64,000 nucleotides of DNA from Octopus vulgaris (Eukaryota), in assembly GCA_951406725.2 (NCBI GenBank), contig OX597827.1:16864001-16928000 (forward strand), read 5' to 3'. The translations under genes and the position numbers were made by a program. Below, piece after piece: positions 1-12,490 of the stretch (its first letter is position 1; each line of letters starts with the position of its first letter). The notes below the pieces were generated by a model that saw only the letters and a list, made by a program, of their open reading frames with translations, did no database searches and was not told where the DNA came from.

Positions 1-627
1 ATGCAGAGAAATCCACAACAGACGGAAACCAGTGGCATTAACTTGCTGGACATTTTGCTCGAAAACACAGGGGTAACTGAATGATTGACTGATATGCATG
101 TGCGTGAACGTACGCGCGCATGCTTGTCTACACGTGTATATATACGAAGAAAACAGCCGAATGGATTACGTGGTATTTTACAATTATTTGGCCAGGAGTC
201 ATTATTGTAGCATAAGCATAATGCAATTACTTATATTGCGTAATATGTTACACAAGCCCAATTCATCAGGCTACCAATTAAAGAAGAGAACAGCGAGAAC
301 AGCGAACGAACAGATGAAATTTGTAATGCCCTGATCCCTTATGAATACTTTGTAATCGAAAACTACACACACACACACACAAACATACACGCATGCATAC
401 ATACATACATACGCACATACATACACACACACGCATACATATATACACATAGTTGAAATTTACAGAAAAACAAAACACGAAGACAGGTGTAATAGTTTGA
501 TGCTCGGGGAAGTGAGAACGTCTTTTTTGTTTCAAGCTTACCCTCTCTCATAGAAAGGGATATGAGGAAATAAAGAGAAAGAATTAAAAAACAAACTTGT
601 GTGTTTAGCTTTCAATCATAGCGATGT

Positions 628-932
628 GGAGGCACATGGCCTAATGGTTAGAGCAGCGGACACGCGGTCGGGGGATCGCGGGTTCGAATCTCAGACCGGG
701 CCATGTGTGTGTTTATGAGCGAAATACCTAAGCTCCACGCGGCTCCGGCAGAAGGTAATGGCGAACTTCTGCTGACTCTTTCGCCACAACTTTCTCTCAC
801 TCTTTCCTCCTGCATCTTGCAGCTCACCTGCGATGGACCGGCGTCCCGTCCAGGTAGGGGACCTATACGCCACGGAAACCGAGAAACCGGCCCTTATGAG
901 CCAGGGATAGCACGAGAACGAAAAGAAAAAAA
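628..932 (+). mobile_element. tRNA(Arg)-like-headed SINE, family A (tail type 1), full length
   Basis: Pol III box A TGGCCTAATGG and box B GGTTCGAATC; A-rich tail; 14-bp TSD AATCA(T/C)AGCGATGT at 614-627 and 933-946; homologous to 4519-4824 and 27448-27769. Confidence 0.9.
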
Positions 933-1512
933 AATCACAGCGATGTATATATGAATACAAAATGGCTAAACATATACCGCATGACAGTCGGTCAAAATTT
1001 CTAAAAAAACTTCTGACAATTTCATTAATTACCGCCATTGAAAATTTTCCACCTATTCAATTCATCATTACTGACTGGTACGTCTGAATACATGAAAGCA
1101 ATGTTGACCAATGCAGAATTTGATCTCAGAAGGCAGAGAGTCGGAAAAATGCCACAGAGCATTCTGGGTGACATTCAAACATATCTGCTATATCACCGAC
1201 AAATACATCGATAAATAGGAAAAAAAACTGCAAAAGCAGAACGCATGCAGATAATAGATAAATAGATTTAGAGACTGGCTGGTGCTGCAATGACAGTCAT
1301 TAGATCGATGCACAAAATGGCTGACATTTTTATTTACGGCCCTTTGAGCTTTTTTTACTTTGAATCTTCTCGAGGTCAACGTTGCCTTTCATCCTTCCGA
1401 GTTCGATAAAATAAAGAGTTCCAGGCAAGTATTATGGTTGATTTAATATTCCTATAAAATTCACAGATGGTGATGAATGGATTTATAATAGAAGCCAAAC
1501 AGGGAGATATCT

Positions 1513-1520
<8 letters not shown>

Positions 1521-1586
<66 letters not shown>

Positions 1587-2241
1587 ATGCATGTATATAT
1601 ATATATGCGTGTGAGTTTGTGTGTGTGTGTGTGCGAATGTATGTATGTATATATACAACATACGAACATACGTACATACATTCATGCACGCAAACATACA
1701 TACACACACATATGCATACATATTTATATACACACATGTATACATACATGCACAATACATATATACAACATATATGCACACATACATACATGCACAATAC
1801 ATACATGCACACATACATACATATATACATACATACATGCACACATACATACATACATACATACATAAATACATACATACATAAATACATACATACATAC
1901 ATGCACACATACATACATACATACATACATATATGCATATATACATACATAAATACATACATAAATACATACATACATACATAAATACATACATACATAC
2001 ATACATACATACATACATACATAAATACACATATAAATACATACATACACACATACATAAATACATACATACATACATACATACATGCATACATACACAC
2101 ACACATACATACATACATACATAAATACATACATAAATACATACATACATACATACATACATACATACAAACTTACATACATAAATACATACATACACAC
2201 ATACATACATACATACATAAATACATACATACATACATACA

Positions 2242-2275
<34 letters not shown>
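1521..2275. repeat. compound microsatellite (TA)n/(TG)n/(CATA)n
   Basis: directly visible tandem di- and tetranucleotide runs; source of the spurious MYVC/HTYI ORFs. Confidence 0.97.
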
Positions 2276-2577
2276 CAGTTATCTCCTGGTTTTATACGGT
2301 AGATTGGTTCAGCGAATCATTGTGAAAATCGGAATCGTATAATGTCGGAAATACGGTTTTAAGGATAATGAAAAGGAAAAAATATTAAAAAATGCATAAA
2401 AAACAAACACACTGACACATCACATACGCGCACGCGCAAACAAACTGTAAACAATTCTTTATAGAATTGGAGTCAATAAATTCGATTACTCCTTGTGTGT
2501 GTGTATGTGTGTGTGCATGTGCTATATGTATTTATGTATATATATATATATATGTGTGTGTGTCTACGCATACATAT

Positions 2578-2992
2578 GTGGCTGTGTGGTAAGAAGCTTC
2601 CTTCTCAACACCACGCGATTTCGGGTTTCAATCCCACTCTATGGCCCCTTCGGTGGGTGTTTTCTACTATAGCCCCCAGCCGGCCATATACTTGTGAATG
2701 AGTCTGGTAGATAGAAACGGAAAGAAGCTCGTTGTATATATATATATGTATATATATATGTGCGTGTGTGTTTGTTGTGTCTTTGTGTCTGTATTTGTCC
2801 CCACCACAACTTGACAACCGCTGCTGGTGTGTTTATGTCTCCGTAACATTAGTAGTCCGGCAAAAGGGATCGATGGCATAAGTACAAGGGTTTAAAGTAT
2901 AAGTGCTTGGGTTGATTCGATCGATTGAAAATTCTTCGAGGCGGTGCTCCAGCATAGCCGCAGTCAGATGATCGGAACATGTAAAAGATAAA
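2578..2992 (+). mobile_element. SINE family B, diverged copy
   Basis: GTGGCTGTGTGGTAAG head, internal (TA)/(TG) tract, GGCGGTGCTCCAGCAT...GTAAAAGA tail shared with the other B copies. Confidence 0.8.
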
Positions 2993-3037
2993 ATTAGTGT
3001 GTTCGTGTGTGTCGCCCTATAAATATCTTGATAGATA

Positions 3038-3039
3038 TG

Positions 3040-3117
<78 letters not shown>

Positions 3118-3352
3118 TACATACATATACATACATATATACATATATAAATATATACATATATACATATACACTGATACACATATACATATATATACAT
3201 ATACATATATACATATATATATACATATATACATATATACATATATACATATATACATATATAATATATATACATATATACATATATATATACATATAGA
3301 TATATACATTTATATATATTCATATATATACATATAAAGATATATATATACA

Positions 3353-3415
<63 letters not shown>

Positions 3416-3417
3416 AT
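3038..3417. repeat. compound microsatellite (TA)n/(TATACA)n/(TG)n
   Basis: visible tandem runs. Confidence 0.95.
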
Positions 3418-3873
3418 ACCTACATACATTCATACATTCATCCATCTATCCATCCATCCAAAGTAACAGATATTTCCATTGGCTCAAAACTGTTACTCCG
3501 TATGCATGATGTGAAGACCCGGAGTTTATACTTGTTTTGATTTATTTTTTATTCGTGTCTATGAATTCTTCTAAAGGTAAAGCTTACTTATATTAAAATG
3601 TCTCGCTGTTCCTGATGAACTCTTTTCCATTTTGAACTTGTTTTAACTCATAATTTTAATTTTTTGTTTTTATTTGAAGAGAATTCAACTTTCTTGGTAT
3701 TTGAAATTCTGTTATTTAATTTCGAAACTATTTAACAAAAATATGAATGAAAAAAATAAATGTAACTTAAGCATTAGTTCAGACTATGATTTCCTTCACT
3801 ATTGATGAAGAAAAAATGGAAATAAAATGAAAAATCGAAGCATAGACAAAGAAGTATTGTTTCTGGATACATA

Positions 3874-4086
3874 TACTCTTTTACTCTTTTATTTGTTTCA
3901 GTCATTTGACTGTGGCAATGCTGGAGCACCGCCTTTAGTCGAGGAAATCGATCCCCCAGCACTTATTTTTTGTAAGCCAAGTACTTATTCTATCGGTCGC
4001 TTTTGCCGAACCGCTAAGTTACGGGGACGTAGACACACCAGCATCGGCTGTCGAGCAATGTTGAGGCGTCAAACACAGACACACAA

Positions 4087-4165
<79 letters not shown>

Positions 4166-4333
4166 TATACGACGGGCTTCTTTCAGTTTCCGTCTACGAA
4201 ATCCACTCACAAGGCTTTGGTCGGCCCGAGGCTATAGTAGAAGACACTTGCCCAAAGTGCCACGCAGTGGGACTGAACCCGGAACCATGTGGTTGGTAAA
4301 CAAGCTACATACCATACAGCCACTCCCACGCCT
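3874..4333 (-). mobile_element. SINE family B (tRNA head, CORE-like segment, internal microsatellite, (GTAAAAGA)n tail)
   Basis: minus strand reads AGGCGTGGGAGTGGCTGTATGGT...GGTTCAGTCCC (box A/B-like), then GGCACTTTGGGCAAGTG, an internal (TA)n(TG)n tract and the tandem tail; nearly identical to more than 10 other copies. Confidence 0.92.
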
Positions 4334-4518
4334 ATATTAATAAAGAAAATTTAAATTCCACCAAAATCAAAACCGTTTTAAGGTGAGACCGTTCACGCAC
4401 CACTAAAATGCCACCAATGGCTTTGACCTTAATATTTCCTAATTGCTGCTACACTAGTACAATTAGCTCTTGGTTATTGCAGTTTCTACTATAGCATGGA
4501 AACTATTATACAGGGTTG

Positions 4519-4824
4519 TTTGTTAGCTCCTTCTCGAGCCATGCCTGGCACGTAAGGGCCGGTTTCCCGGTTTCCTTGGCGCATACATTCCCCACCTGGA
4601 CGGGAGACCGATCCGTCGCAGGTGAGGTGCATGATGCAGGAGGAAAGAGTGAGATAAAGTTGTGGCGAAAGAGTCAGCAGAGGTTCGCCATTACCTTCCG
4701 CCGGAGCCGCGTGGAGCTTAGGTGTTTTCGCTCATAAACACACACATCGCCCGGTCTGAGATTCGAACCCGCGATCCCTCGACCGCGAGTCCGCTGCTCT
4801 TACCACTAGGCCATGTGCCTCCAC
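4519..4824 (-). mobile_element. SINE family A (tail type 1), full length
   Basis: reverse complement of 628-932; 14-bp TSD ATTATACA(G/A)GGTTG at 4505-4518 and 4825-4838. Confidence 0.92.
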
Positions 4825-5307
4825 ATTATACAAGGTTGGTTAAAAGTCACCCGATGGTAAATCAAAATTCCATAAATACAATCTGTAATTCGGTATTGAT
4901 TGGAATGTGTCGCTCAAGAAGGACTTCAAGTTGAACAGTTTTCTTGGTTTTATACTCAGATGCTTTTATCAAATTCATTCAGTTATTTAACTTTTGTTAT
5001 TTAACAGTTATTTAACTTATTTAAATTTTGGAATTAAAAGGTTTTGATTTACTGACGGGCGACTTTTGGCCAGCCCAATGATGCTTTCTAACTCATGAAC
5101 TGGGTCAGATATTTTCACCCATCTATCTATCTGTCACAAAAACAAGGTGTACTTAAATAACACAGATACACACAGACACACACACACACACACATATGTA
5201 GTATTTGAGTACACATCTTTGATAGATAGATAGATAGATAGATATGTAACTTATTTAAAACTATCCAGTGTAATACAGAATATTCAAAGTATACACACAC
5301 ACACACA

Positions 5308-5361
<54 letters not shown>

Positions 5362-5467
5362 ATATACATATATATGTATATATACATATCTATATGTGTA
5401 TGTGTACATATGTATATATACATGTACTTACATTCATACAAGTTACCTACACACATAAACACATCAG

Positions 5468-5505
<38 letters not shown>

Positions 5506-5899
5506 TCTGTGCTCAATTTCACAGCTCATCTGCATATCCATCATGCCATCAAGCGCTAATAACAACGAAGCGATTTCATTATGTTCTATAATTACAGCAA
5601 AGGAGAAATATCACCAAAATCGATAACTGGATCATGCCGAGCCCCAGGTGAAAGAATCTTGAAATATAAACGGGAATTATTAAGAAACACATTTTCATTT
5701 CCTGGGAATGTTGTAGTGATTATAGGATGGAATATGATGGTCGTTGATATTCAGTAGTTTATAATTGATATGGTGGGTGAAATACGGTTGTAAATCATGC
5801 GAAAGGTTTGGTTTTCACTTCAGGCGTATAAGCGACTAATATATGTATTTGACGTGCGATTATAATATTCTCTATGGAATGGTTTAAATCTTGTCATTG

Positions 5900-6330
5900 G
5901 TAGAGAGTCAGATAAACAAATGTCTTGAGTTAGTTGTTCCGGAGTTTTTAAGTTCTGAAGTTCCAGTCCCGCTGAGATTGACTTTGCCTTTCATTCAATC
6001 GGAATCGATAAAGTGCCAGTAAGACGGTGAGCTGGCAGAATCGTTAGTGAGCCTGGCCAAATACGGGCAGAATCGTTAGCACGTCCGTCTTCACGTTCTG
6101 AGTTCAAATTTTGCCGCGATCGACTTCGCCTTTCATCCTTTCGGGGTCGATAAACTAAATATCAGTTGAGAACTGGGGTCATTGTAATCGACTTACCCCT
6201 TCCCCTGGAATTGCTAGCCTTGTTCCAAAATTTAAAACCAATATTAAGTACCAGTCAAATATTGGGTTTCATATAACCTATGACCTCTTCCCATCTTGCC
6301 AAAATTATTTTCTCTACATCTAAATTAGAA
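5900..6330 (+). mobile_element. two older SINE family C copies, nested (inner copy about 6023-6243)
   Basis: two GACTT(T/C)GCCTTTCAT body motifs; GAGCTGGCAGAATCGTTAG head; older tail variant GACTTACCCCTTCCCC...CCAAAATTT. Confidence 0.65.
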
Positions 6331-6522
6331 ATAGGCATTGCTGAAGCAATGTTTGTCCCATTTGAGGAGAGTTTATGATTAAAGATATTCCAGCAACCCG
6401 TCCCCTGTAGGGGTATCATAGACTACTTTGATCAACGTGTATTTCAGTTTTCTTCTGACAGATGTCATTTGAAGATTTCGAGGTTGCGGGGATTGTTTTT
6501 TTTAGATGGTCGCAGAATTAAC

Positions 6523-6933
6523 TATTCTTTTATTTTGTTTCAGTCATTTGACTTAGGCCATGCTGGAGCACCGCCTTTAGTCTAGGCAATCGACCCCAGA
6601 ACTTATTCTTTGGAAGCCTAGTACTTATTCTATCGGTCTTTATTGCCGAACCGCTAAGTTACGGGGACGTAAACATACCAGCATCGGTAGTAAAGTGATG
6701 TTGGGGGGACAAACACAGACACACAAACACATACACACACATACATATATATATATACACATATATATACGACGGGCTTCTTCCAGTTTCCGTCTACCAA
6801 ATCCACTCACAAGGATTTGGTCAGCCTGAGGCTATAGTAGAAGACACTTTCCGAAGGTGCCACGCAGTGGGACTGAACCCAGAACCATGTGGTTGGTTAG
6901 CAAGCTACTTACCACACGGCCACTCCTGCACCT
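6523..6933 (-). mobile_element. SINE family B, full length
   Basis: colinear with 3874-4333. Confidence 0.92.
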
Positions 6934-6999
6934 ATTGTTGAATAAAAACCATTGTTTTCTTAGGTGGTTATTATCACTGCTCCCACTGTTGTTTTTGAT

Positions 7000-7200
7000 G
7001 TTTAACCGCAGGTCAGTGCTGATCGAGTAAACCTATTATCAAAGGCATTCCATCAGGTGATCATCCAGTACAATTTTCTAGCAAAGGTTTATCCAGAACA
7101 CCGTTTTCCATTGTCTTTACTATTTGATGACGGGATGATATGATTGGAGGGTGGTTTGGCAGTTATTTCTAACCGGTCGAGTGGCAGCATCAATATTTCA
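7000..7200 (+). repeat. unclassified short dispersed repeat (family D)
   Basis: GGTCAG..CTGATCGAG..ACCTAT.ATCAAAGGCATTCCA ... TTGGC.G.TATTTCTA motifs recur, diverged, near 10310-10980 (split by a SINE B), 24560-24740, 34910-35060(-), 49510-49700(-), 57810-57950 and 61340-61500. Confidence 0.55.
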
Positions 7201-7842
7201 TCATTGGTATTGTCTTTTAGCATCAGGTCAGCCCTTATGTTGTGAATCTACTTATAAAGCATTCCATCCGTGATCATCCTGTCTTTTATTTTTAGACGAG
7301 AGTATAACCGGTAATTATCTGTCTTCCAATATCAAAAGCGAATGCATTTTTTCGGATTTAGTTTTGGCTTTTCATCAAAGATCAACTGAAATCGGAAATC
7401 TTCACCCAAAAGCTATTACATTGCGATTTTCCATTGTTGCTTCTCGTGTCCTATGCATTACGAGCCTTCTCTCTCGCTTTTGAAATTGGTGTTGCTCCAT
7501 ATCTTGGTTATCTAGTACTAAATCCTATGTGTACTGAAGGGCTACTCCCAAACCTTGTATTTCAGCTTCTTTTACAGCTTCTTGATTCTACTTACTTACA
7601 GCTATTTCTGGTCTTCTTAACATATCTGATTTTCACATCATCAAATAGTAGCTATGTATTGACTGCTACCGTCTTTGTAGCTTTGAGTTCTTGCACCACC
7701 GATGAAAATGGTAAGCGGATATTGGGGACCTTATTGTAAAGGTTGAAGGAGCTGAAAACTGGAGGAACACCCAACCAACTTCGCATGAACTTAGCGAACA
7801 TTCTCTCAATTGCCTCAACTGACTCATGGGTAAGTCATAAAG

Positions 7843-8326
7843 GGCGGCGAGCTGGCAGAACCGTTAGCACGCCAGGTGAAATGCGTAGCCGTACTTCGTC
7901 TGCCGTTACGTTCTGAGTTAAAATTCCGCCGAGGTCGACTTTGCTTTTCATCCTTTCGGGGTCGGTAAATTAAGTACCTATTTCTTTACTACCCACAAGG
8001 GGCTAAACACAGAGAAGACAAACAAGGACAGACAAACGGATTAAGTCGATTACATCGACCCCAGTGCGTAACTGGTACTTAATTTATCGACCCCGAAAGG
8101 ATGAATGGCAAAGTCGACCTCGGCGGAATTTGAACTCAGAACGTAACGGCAGACGAAGAACGGCTACGCATTTCGCCCGGCGTGCTAACGTTTCTGCCAG
8201 CTCGCCGCCTTGTAAATTAAGTACCAGTTACGCACTGGGTCGATGAAATCGACTTAATCCGTTTGTCTGTCCTTGTTTGTCCCCTCTGTGTTTAGGCCCT
8301 TGTGGGTAGTAAAGAAATAGAAATAG
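7843..8326 (+). mobile_element. SINE family C, outer copy, split by an inverted C copy
   Basis: GGCGGCGAGCTGGCAGAA head; body resumes after 8225; (GAAATA)2 tail; 6-bp TSD ATAAAG at 7837-7842 and 8327-8332. Confidence 0.9.
7979..8211 (-). mobile_element. SINE family C, nested antisense copy
   Basis: perfect 14-bp TSD GTAAATTAAGTACC at 7965-7978 and 8212-8225. Confidence 0.93.
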
Positions 8327-8379
8327 ATAAAGCAGGAATGGTCACGGCTTTTTCAGTATGATGACGCACAGGAAGTACC

Positions 8380-8610
8380 TATTTCTTTACTACCCACAAG
8401 GGGCCAAACACAGAGAGGACAAACAAGGACAGACAAACGGATTAATCGATTATATCGACCCCAGTGTTTAACTGGTACTTATTTAATCGACCCCGAAAAG
8501 ATGAAAGACAAAGTCGACCTCGGCGGAATTTGAACTCAGAACGTAGTGGCAGACGAAATACTGCTAAGCATTTCCCCCGGCGTGCTAACGATTCTGCCAG
8601 CTCGTCGCCT
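8380..8610 (-). mobile_element. SINE family C, monomer
   Basis: perfect 12-bp TSD ACAGGAAGTACC at 8368-8379 and 8611-8622. Confidence 0.93.
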
Positions 8611-8930
8611 ACAGGAAGTACCACGTCCTAGGCCTCCCGGTTTGCTGACTAGTTTCAACTGCACCGATTCAGTTGTTCAATCGGATCATAGTGTATTTGG
8701 CATTGCTGTTGTTTTTTCAGGTGCTGTCTTAATTATTTCCAGGGCACCGGCTGCTCTTCACCTGAATTACAGAAACACCTTCAACATTTCAAGTCTCAAA
8801 TTTGAAAACGTGGTTTGTTAGTTTTCCTTTCAGGATACTAAGGTTCAGAGATTTCACTGGGCTGAATTCCATAGGTTGCCATTCAGCCATTTTCTCTTGT
8901 AAGCTCAAGATACGCCATACTAGGTTTGAG

Positions 8931-9311
8931 GTGGAGGCGCAATGGCCCAGTGGTTAGGGCAGCGGACTCGCGGTCGTAGGATCGCGGTTTCGATTCCCAG
9001 ACCGGGCGTTGTGAGTGTTTATTGAGCGAAAACATCTAAAGCTCCACGAGGCTCCGGCAGGGATGGTGGTGATCCCTGCTGTACTCTTTCACCACAACTT
9101 TCTCTCACTTTTACTTTCTGTTTCTGTTGTACCTGTATTTCAAAGGGGCCGGCCTTGTCACTCTCTGTGTCACGCTGAATATCCCCGAGAACTACGTTAA
9201 GGGTGCACGTGTCTGTGGAGTGCTCAGCCACTTACACGTTAATTTCACAAACAGGCTGTTCCTTTGATCGGATCAACCGGAACCCTCGTCGTCGTAACCG
9301 ACGGAGTGCTT
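8931..9311 (+). mobile_element. SINE family A (tail type 2), full length
   Basis: TGGCCCAGTGG and GGTTTCGATTCC Pol III boxes; 16-bp TSD CCATACTA(G/A)GTTTGAG at 8915-8930 and 9312-9327. Confidence 0.92.
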
Positions 9312-9327
9312 CCATACTAAGTTTGAG

Positions 9328-9810
9328 ATAACTTGCCAAGTGGAAATAGAATAGTTGACTAACCCGGTGATATACAGTTCTTATATAACCTGATGACTGA
9401 GATACGGCCATTAGAAAGTGAAGTTACATGCAATTCTTAGATAATTCAATGACTGGATGGTATGACTTTTAAATAACGATTTGAATTTACAATTCTGACA
9501 TTCTTAGATAATTTAGTAAACGAAGATAGATCAGTTGTAAAACTTAGTGAGATAACGATTCTTATGTAACTTGGTGAGTGATGCACACCTCTTTAATAAC
9601 ACGGTAAACGAGATATGATGCTCAGACACCCTGGTGAGTGAGGTATGATACTTAATTAACGTGGCTGAGGAATTAAATTCGATCCTTAAATAACTGTGTA
9701 AATCAAATTCGGCTGTTTACTAAACGGAGTGAGGAAGATATGATAGTTGGATAATTCGGTGAGTGAAATAGGCACTTTGAATAACATGGCGCGTGAAATG
9801 CGATTATTAA
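9328..9810. repeat. highly degenerate ~30-bp minisatellite
   Basis: recurrent ATAAC/ATAAT..GGTGAGTGA.ATA.GA...TTA phrase at about 30-bp spacing, clearest at 9596-9660 and 9751-9810. Confidence 0.5.
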
Positions 9811-10430
9811 GTGTTATACAGGTATAGAGGGAGGTGAAGACGGGTGGCTGTGCTGCTAATAAAATTGTAATTATAATTAAATCAGTAATTATCTCAAGGT
9901 GGTTGATTTTAATAACTCTCCGGGTGAAAGTGAGCGAAGAAGTCGGAACGGGAGAGAAGTGGAGAAAAGATGTAAGAAGGAAGAAGGGAACAAGGAATGA
10001 AGAGAGAGGAGAGGAAGAGTGAGAGCGATAGAAATAAAGAAGAAGATTGAAAAAGAGAGGGGTGGAAAGGGAGTGGGTTGGAGAGAGAGAGAGACAAAGA
10101 TGGAGAGGAAAACAGAGGAAGCTAAGAGAGTGACAGTGAGTTAGAGAGATGGTGGTGGTGGAGACAGGATATTGTAGATTGGATAGCAGTGTTAGTAGCA
10201 GTGTTGTGAATACGGAGGTATAGCAGATGATATTGGGGTTGATGCTGGTAGTTGTGATGGTGGTGGTGGTGGTGGTGGTGGCCATATGATATGATTGCAC
10301 ATGTAGTTTAGCCTCAGATCTAATCCAAATCCAAGTGATTTCTGATCAATGGCATTCTAGCCGCTACCATTTCGATTGATTTACTTATTTCTAGACGTAA
10401 TATATATTTAGGACTTATCTTATACACTTA

Positions 10431-10634
10431 TACTCTTTTACTTGTATCAGTCGTTTGACTGCGGCCATGTTGGAGCACCACCTTTAGTCGAGCAAATCGA
10501 CCCCGGGACTTATACTTTGTAAGCCTAGTGCTTATTCGATCGGTCTCATTTGCCGAACCGCTAAGTTACGGGGACGTAAACACACCAGCATCGGTTGTCA
10601 AGCGATGTTGGGGGGACAAACACAGACACACAAA

Positions 10635-10692
<58 letters not shown>

Positions 10693-10878
10693 TACACATG
10701 CATATGCATATATACGACGGGCTTCTTTCGGTTTCCGTCTACCAAATCCACTCACAAAGCTTTGGTCAGCCCGAAGCTATAGTAGAAGACACTTGCCCAA
10801 GGTGCCACGCAGTGGGAATGAACCCGGAACCATGTGGTTGGTAAGCAAGCTACTTACCACACAGCCACTCCTGCGCCT
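10431..10878 (-). mobile_element. SINE family B, full length, long internal (CA)n
   Basis: colinear with the other B copies. Confidence 0.92.
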
Positions 10879-11001
10879 ATATATGCACTTCTTTTCAAAG
10901 ACAGACAGATACAATTTGAAGAAAAATTTGGCTGCTGTGTCTAGCATACAGAATGACTTGCTAGAAGTGTTTTTTAATGGCTTGTTGTTATATATGCTAT
11001 A

Positions 11002-11275
11002 TGAAGACGCGTGGCTTAGTGTTTAAGATATTCGGCTCACGCTCCTAAGGTCGTGAGTTCAATTCTCGGCGACGCGTTTGTGTCCTTGAGCAGGACACTT
11101 TATTTCACGTTGCTTCAATTTACTCACCTTGCAAAAATGAGACGTACCTGTATTTCAAAGGACCAGCCTTGTCCCATTCTGTGCGTCACGCTGAATCTCC
11201 CTAAGAATTACGCTACTTGCTGTTCCGTTGATCAGATTAAATAGAATCGTCATCGTCTTAACAGACGGAGTGCCA
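11002..11275 (+). mobile_element. old CORE-type SINE related to family A tail type 2
   Basis: GTGGCTTAGTG box A, GAGTTCAATTC box B, CORE-like GTGTCCTTGAGCAGGACACTT; 3' part matches the A type-2 tail. Confidence 0.75.
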
Positions 11276-11296
11276 CTTATGTATGCTGTGTGGTGT

Positions 11297-11682
11297 GGAA
11301 GCACTCCGTCGGTTACGACGACGAGGGTTCCGGTTGATCCGAATCAACGGAACACCCTGCTCGTGAAATTAACGTGTAAGTGGCTGAGCACTCCACAGAC
11401 ACGTGCACCCTTAACGTAGTTCTCGGGGATATTCAGCGTGACACAGAGAATGACAAGGCCGGCCCTTTGAAATACAGGTACAACAGAAACATGAAGTAAG
11501 AGTGAGAGAAAATTGTGGTGAAAGAGTACAGCAGGGATCACCACCATCCCCTGCCGGAGCCTAGTGGAGCTTTTTAGGTGTTTTCGCTCAATAAACACTC
11601 ACAACGCCCGGTCTGGGAATCGAAACCGCGATCCTATGACCGCGAGTCCGCTGCCCTAACCACTGGGCCATTGCGCCTCCAC
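11297..11682 (-). mobile_element. SINE family A (tail type 2), full length
   Basis: reverse complement of 8931-9311; degenerate TSD TATG(T/C)ATGCTGT. Confidence 0.92.
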
Positions 11683-12490
11683 TATGCATGCTGTATCGTG
11701 CTGCTGATGTTTTGGGTTTATAATTGTACTAATGTGTATTGCCATACAGTGTATGCTAACATGACTTGTTAACAGTCATTTAAACGATGCGATGAAGGGA
11801 AAATAACTCAGGGATAAAGATATAATAGTGCTTCATATACGAATCACCCGAGATTATTCAAGCATTTACTTGACAAAAACTCCATCTGAAGTTGTTTAAA
11901 AACTAAAAGCAGCAAACATAAAATACCTGGAATAAGATCAGATATTTTTTGATCGATTCGGGTGGCCCTTATTAATTTTCATGTGATTTCATGCGCAAAC
12001 ACTCACACACACACACACACACACACACACGTACACGCACCTACTTCCCCCCATATACATATGTCTTTATGTATGTACAGACACACTTGCATACACATTC
12101 ACATAAACACATGCACGGGGACATGCAAACGCATTAATCTACACACAGACACACACACACAATGTTATTGTGATTACGGTTGTTTTGGATACAGTACATG
12201 TTGCAATTGTTTGTGTTGTCGTAAGAGTTGTTATTGTTGCTACGCCTGTTATTACTATAATCCGTGAAACTTTTACAGTTGATGTTAATGTTATTGTAGC
12301 GTTGGTAAGCGAGGCGAAATTGCTTCACTGATGAGGGCTAATAAATCCGAAAGATATACATTACTTTGACCATATTACTTCAAAGAACATCCACCTCATA
12401 TGCATTATGGATATCGTCCAAAATTTTTCTATCTACGGATTTTAGAGTTGACTCCTTTGTTTTTCTTAAAGTGAATTTAGTAATAAAGCA

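Larger units (their letters stand above)
7390..8914 (-). pseudogene. decayed HERO-like (RLE-type) non-LTR retrotransposon ORF fragment, interrupted by three SINE C copies
   Basis: manual translation of the minus strand: RILSLQEKMAEWQPMEFSPVKSLNLSILKGK ... PGRPRTWY ... PFLLYDLP ... VEAIERMFAKFMRSWLGVPPVFSSFNLY...RLPFSSVVQELKATK. This resembles the RT thumb region of HERO-clade LINEs (recalled from memory); stops and frameshifts present. Confidence 0.7.

Noticed and set aside
628-700. tRNA-Arg gene
   Set aside because: No proper acceptor stem or terminator; it continues into a SINE body with tail and TSD
1461-2270. Long ORFs such as 269 aa MYVC..., also 45232-46027 and 21881-22798
   Set aside because: They are translations of stop-free microsatellites, not genes
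3612-3730. CTGATGA with a distant GAAAC
   Set aside because: No stem II closing next to GAAA and no stem I; the CTGATGA hits at 257(-), 9390, 45026(-) and 52684 fail the same way
7434-7739. 101-aa hydrophobic plus-strand ORF as a membrane protein
   Set aside because: It is the antisense frame of the decayed HERO-like LINE
9686-10300. 204-aa minus-strand ORF
   Set aside because: Low-complexity translation of GA- and GGT-rich sequence with no domain
12322-12362. CTGATGAGGG...TCCGAAA hammerhead candidate
   Set aside because: Core boxes are present but stems I and III cannot be formed; at best a decayed remnant
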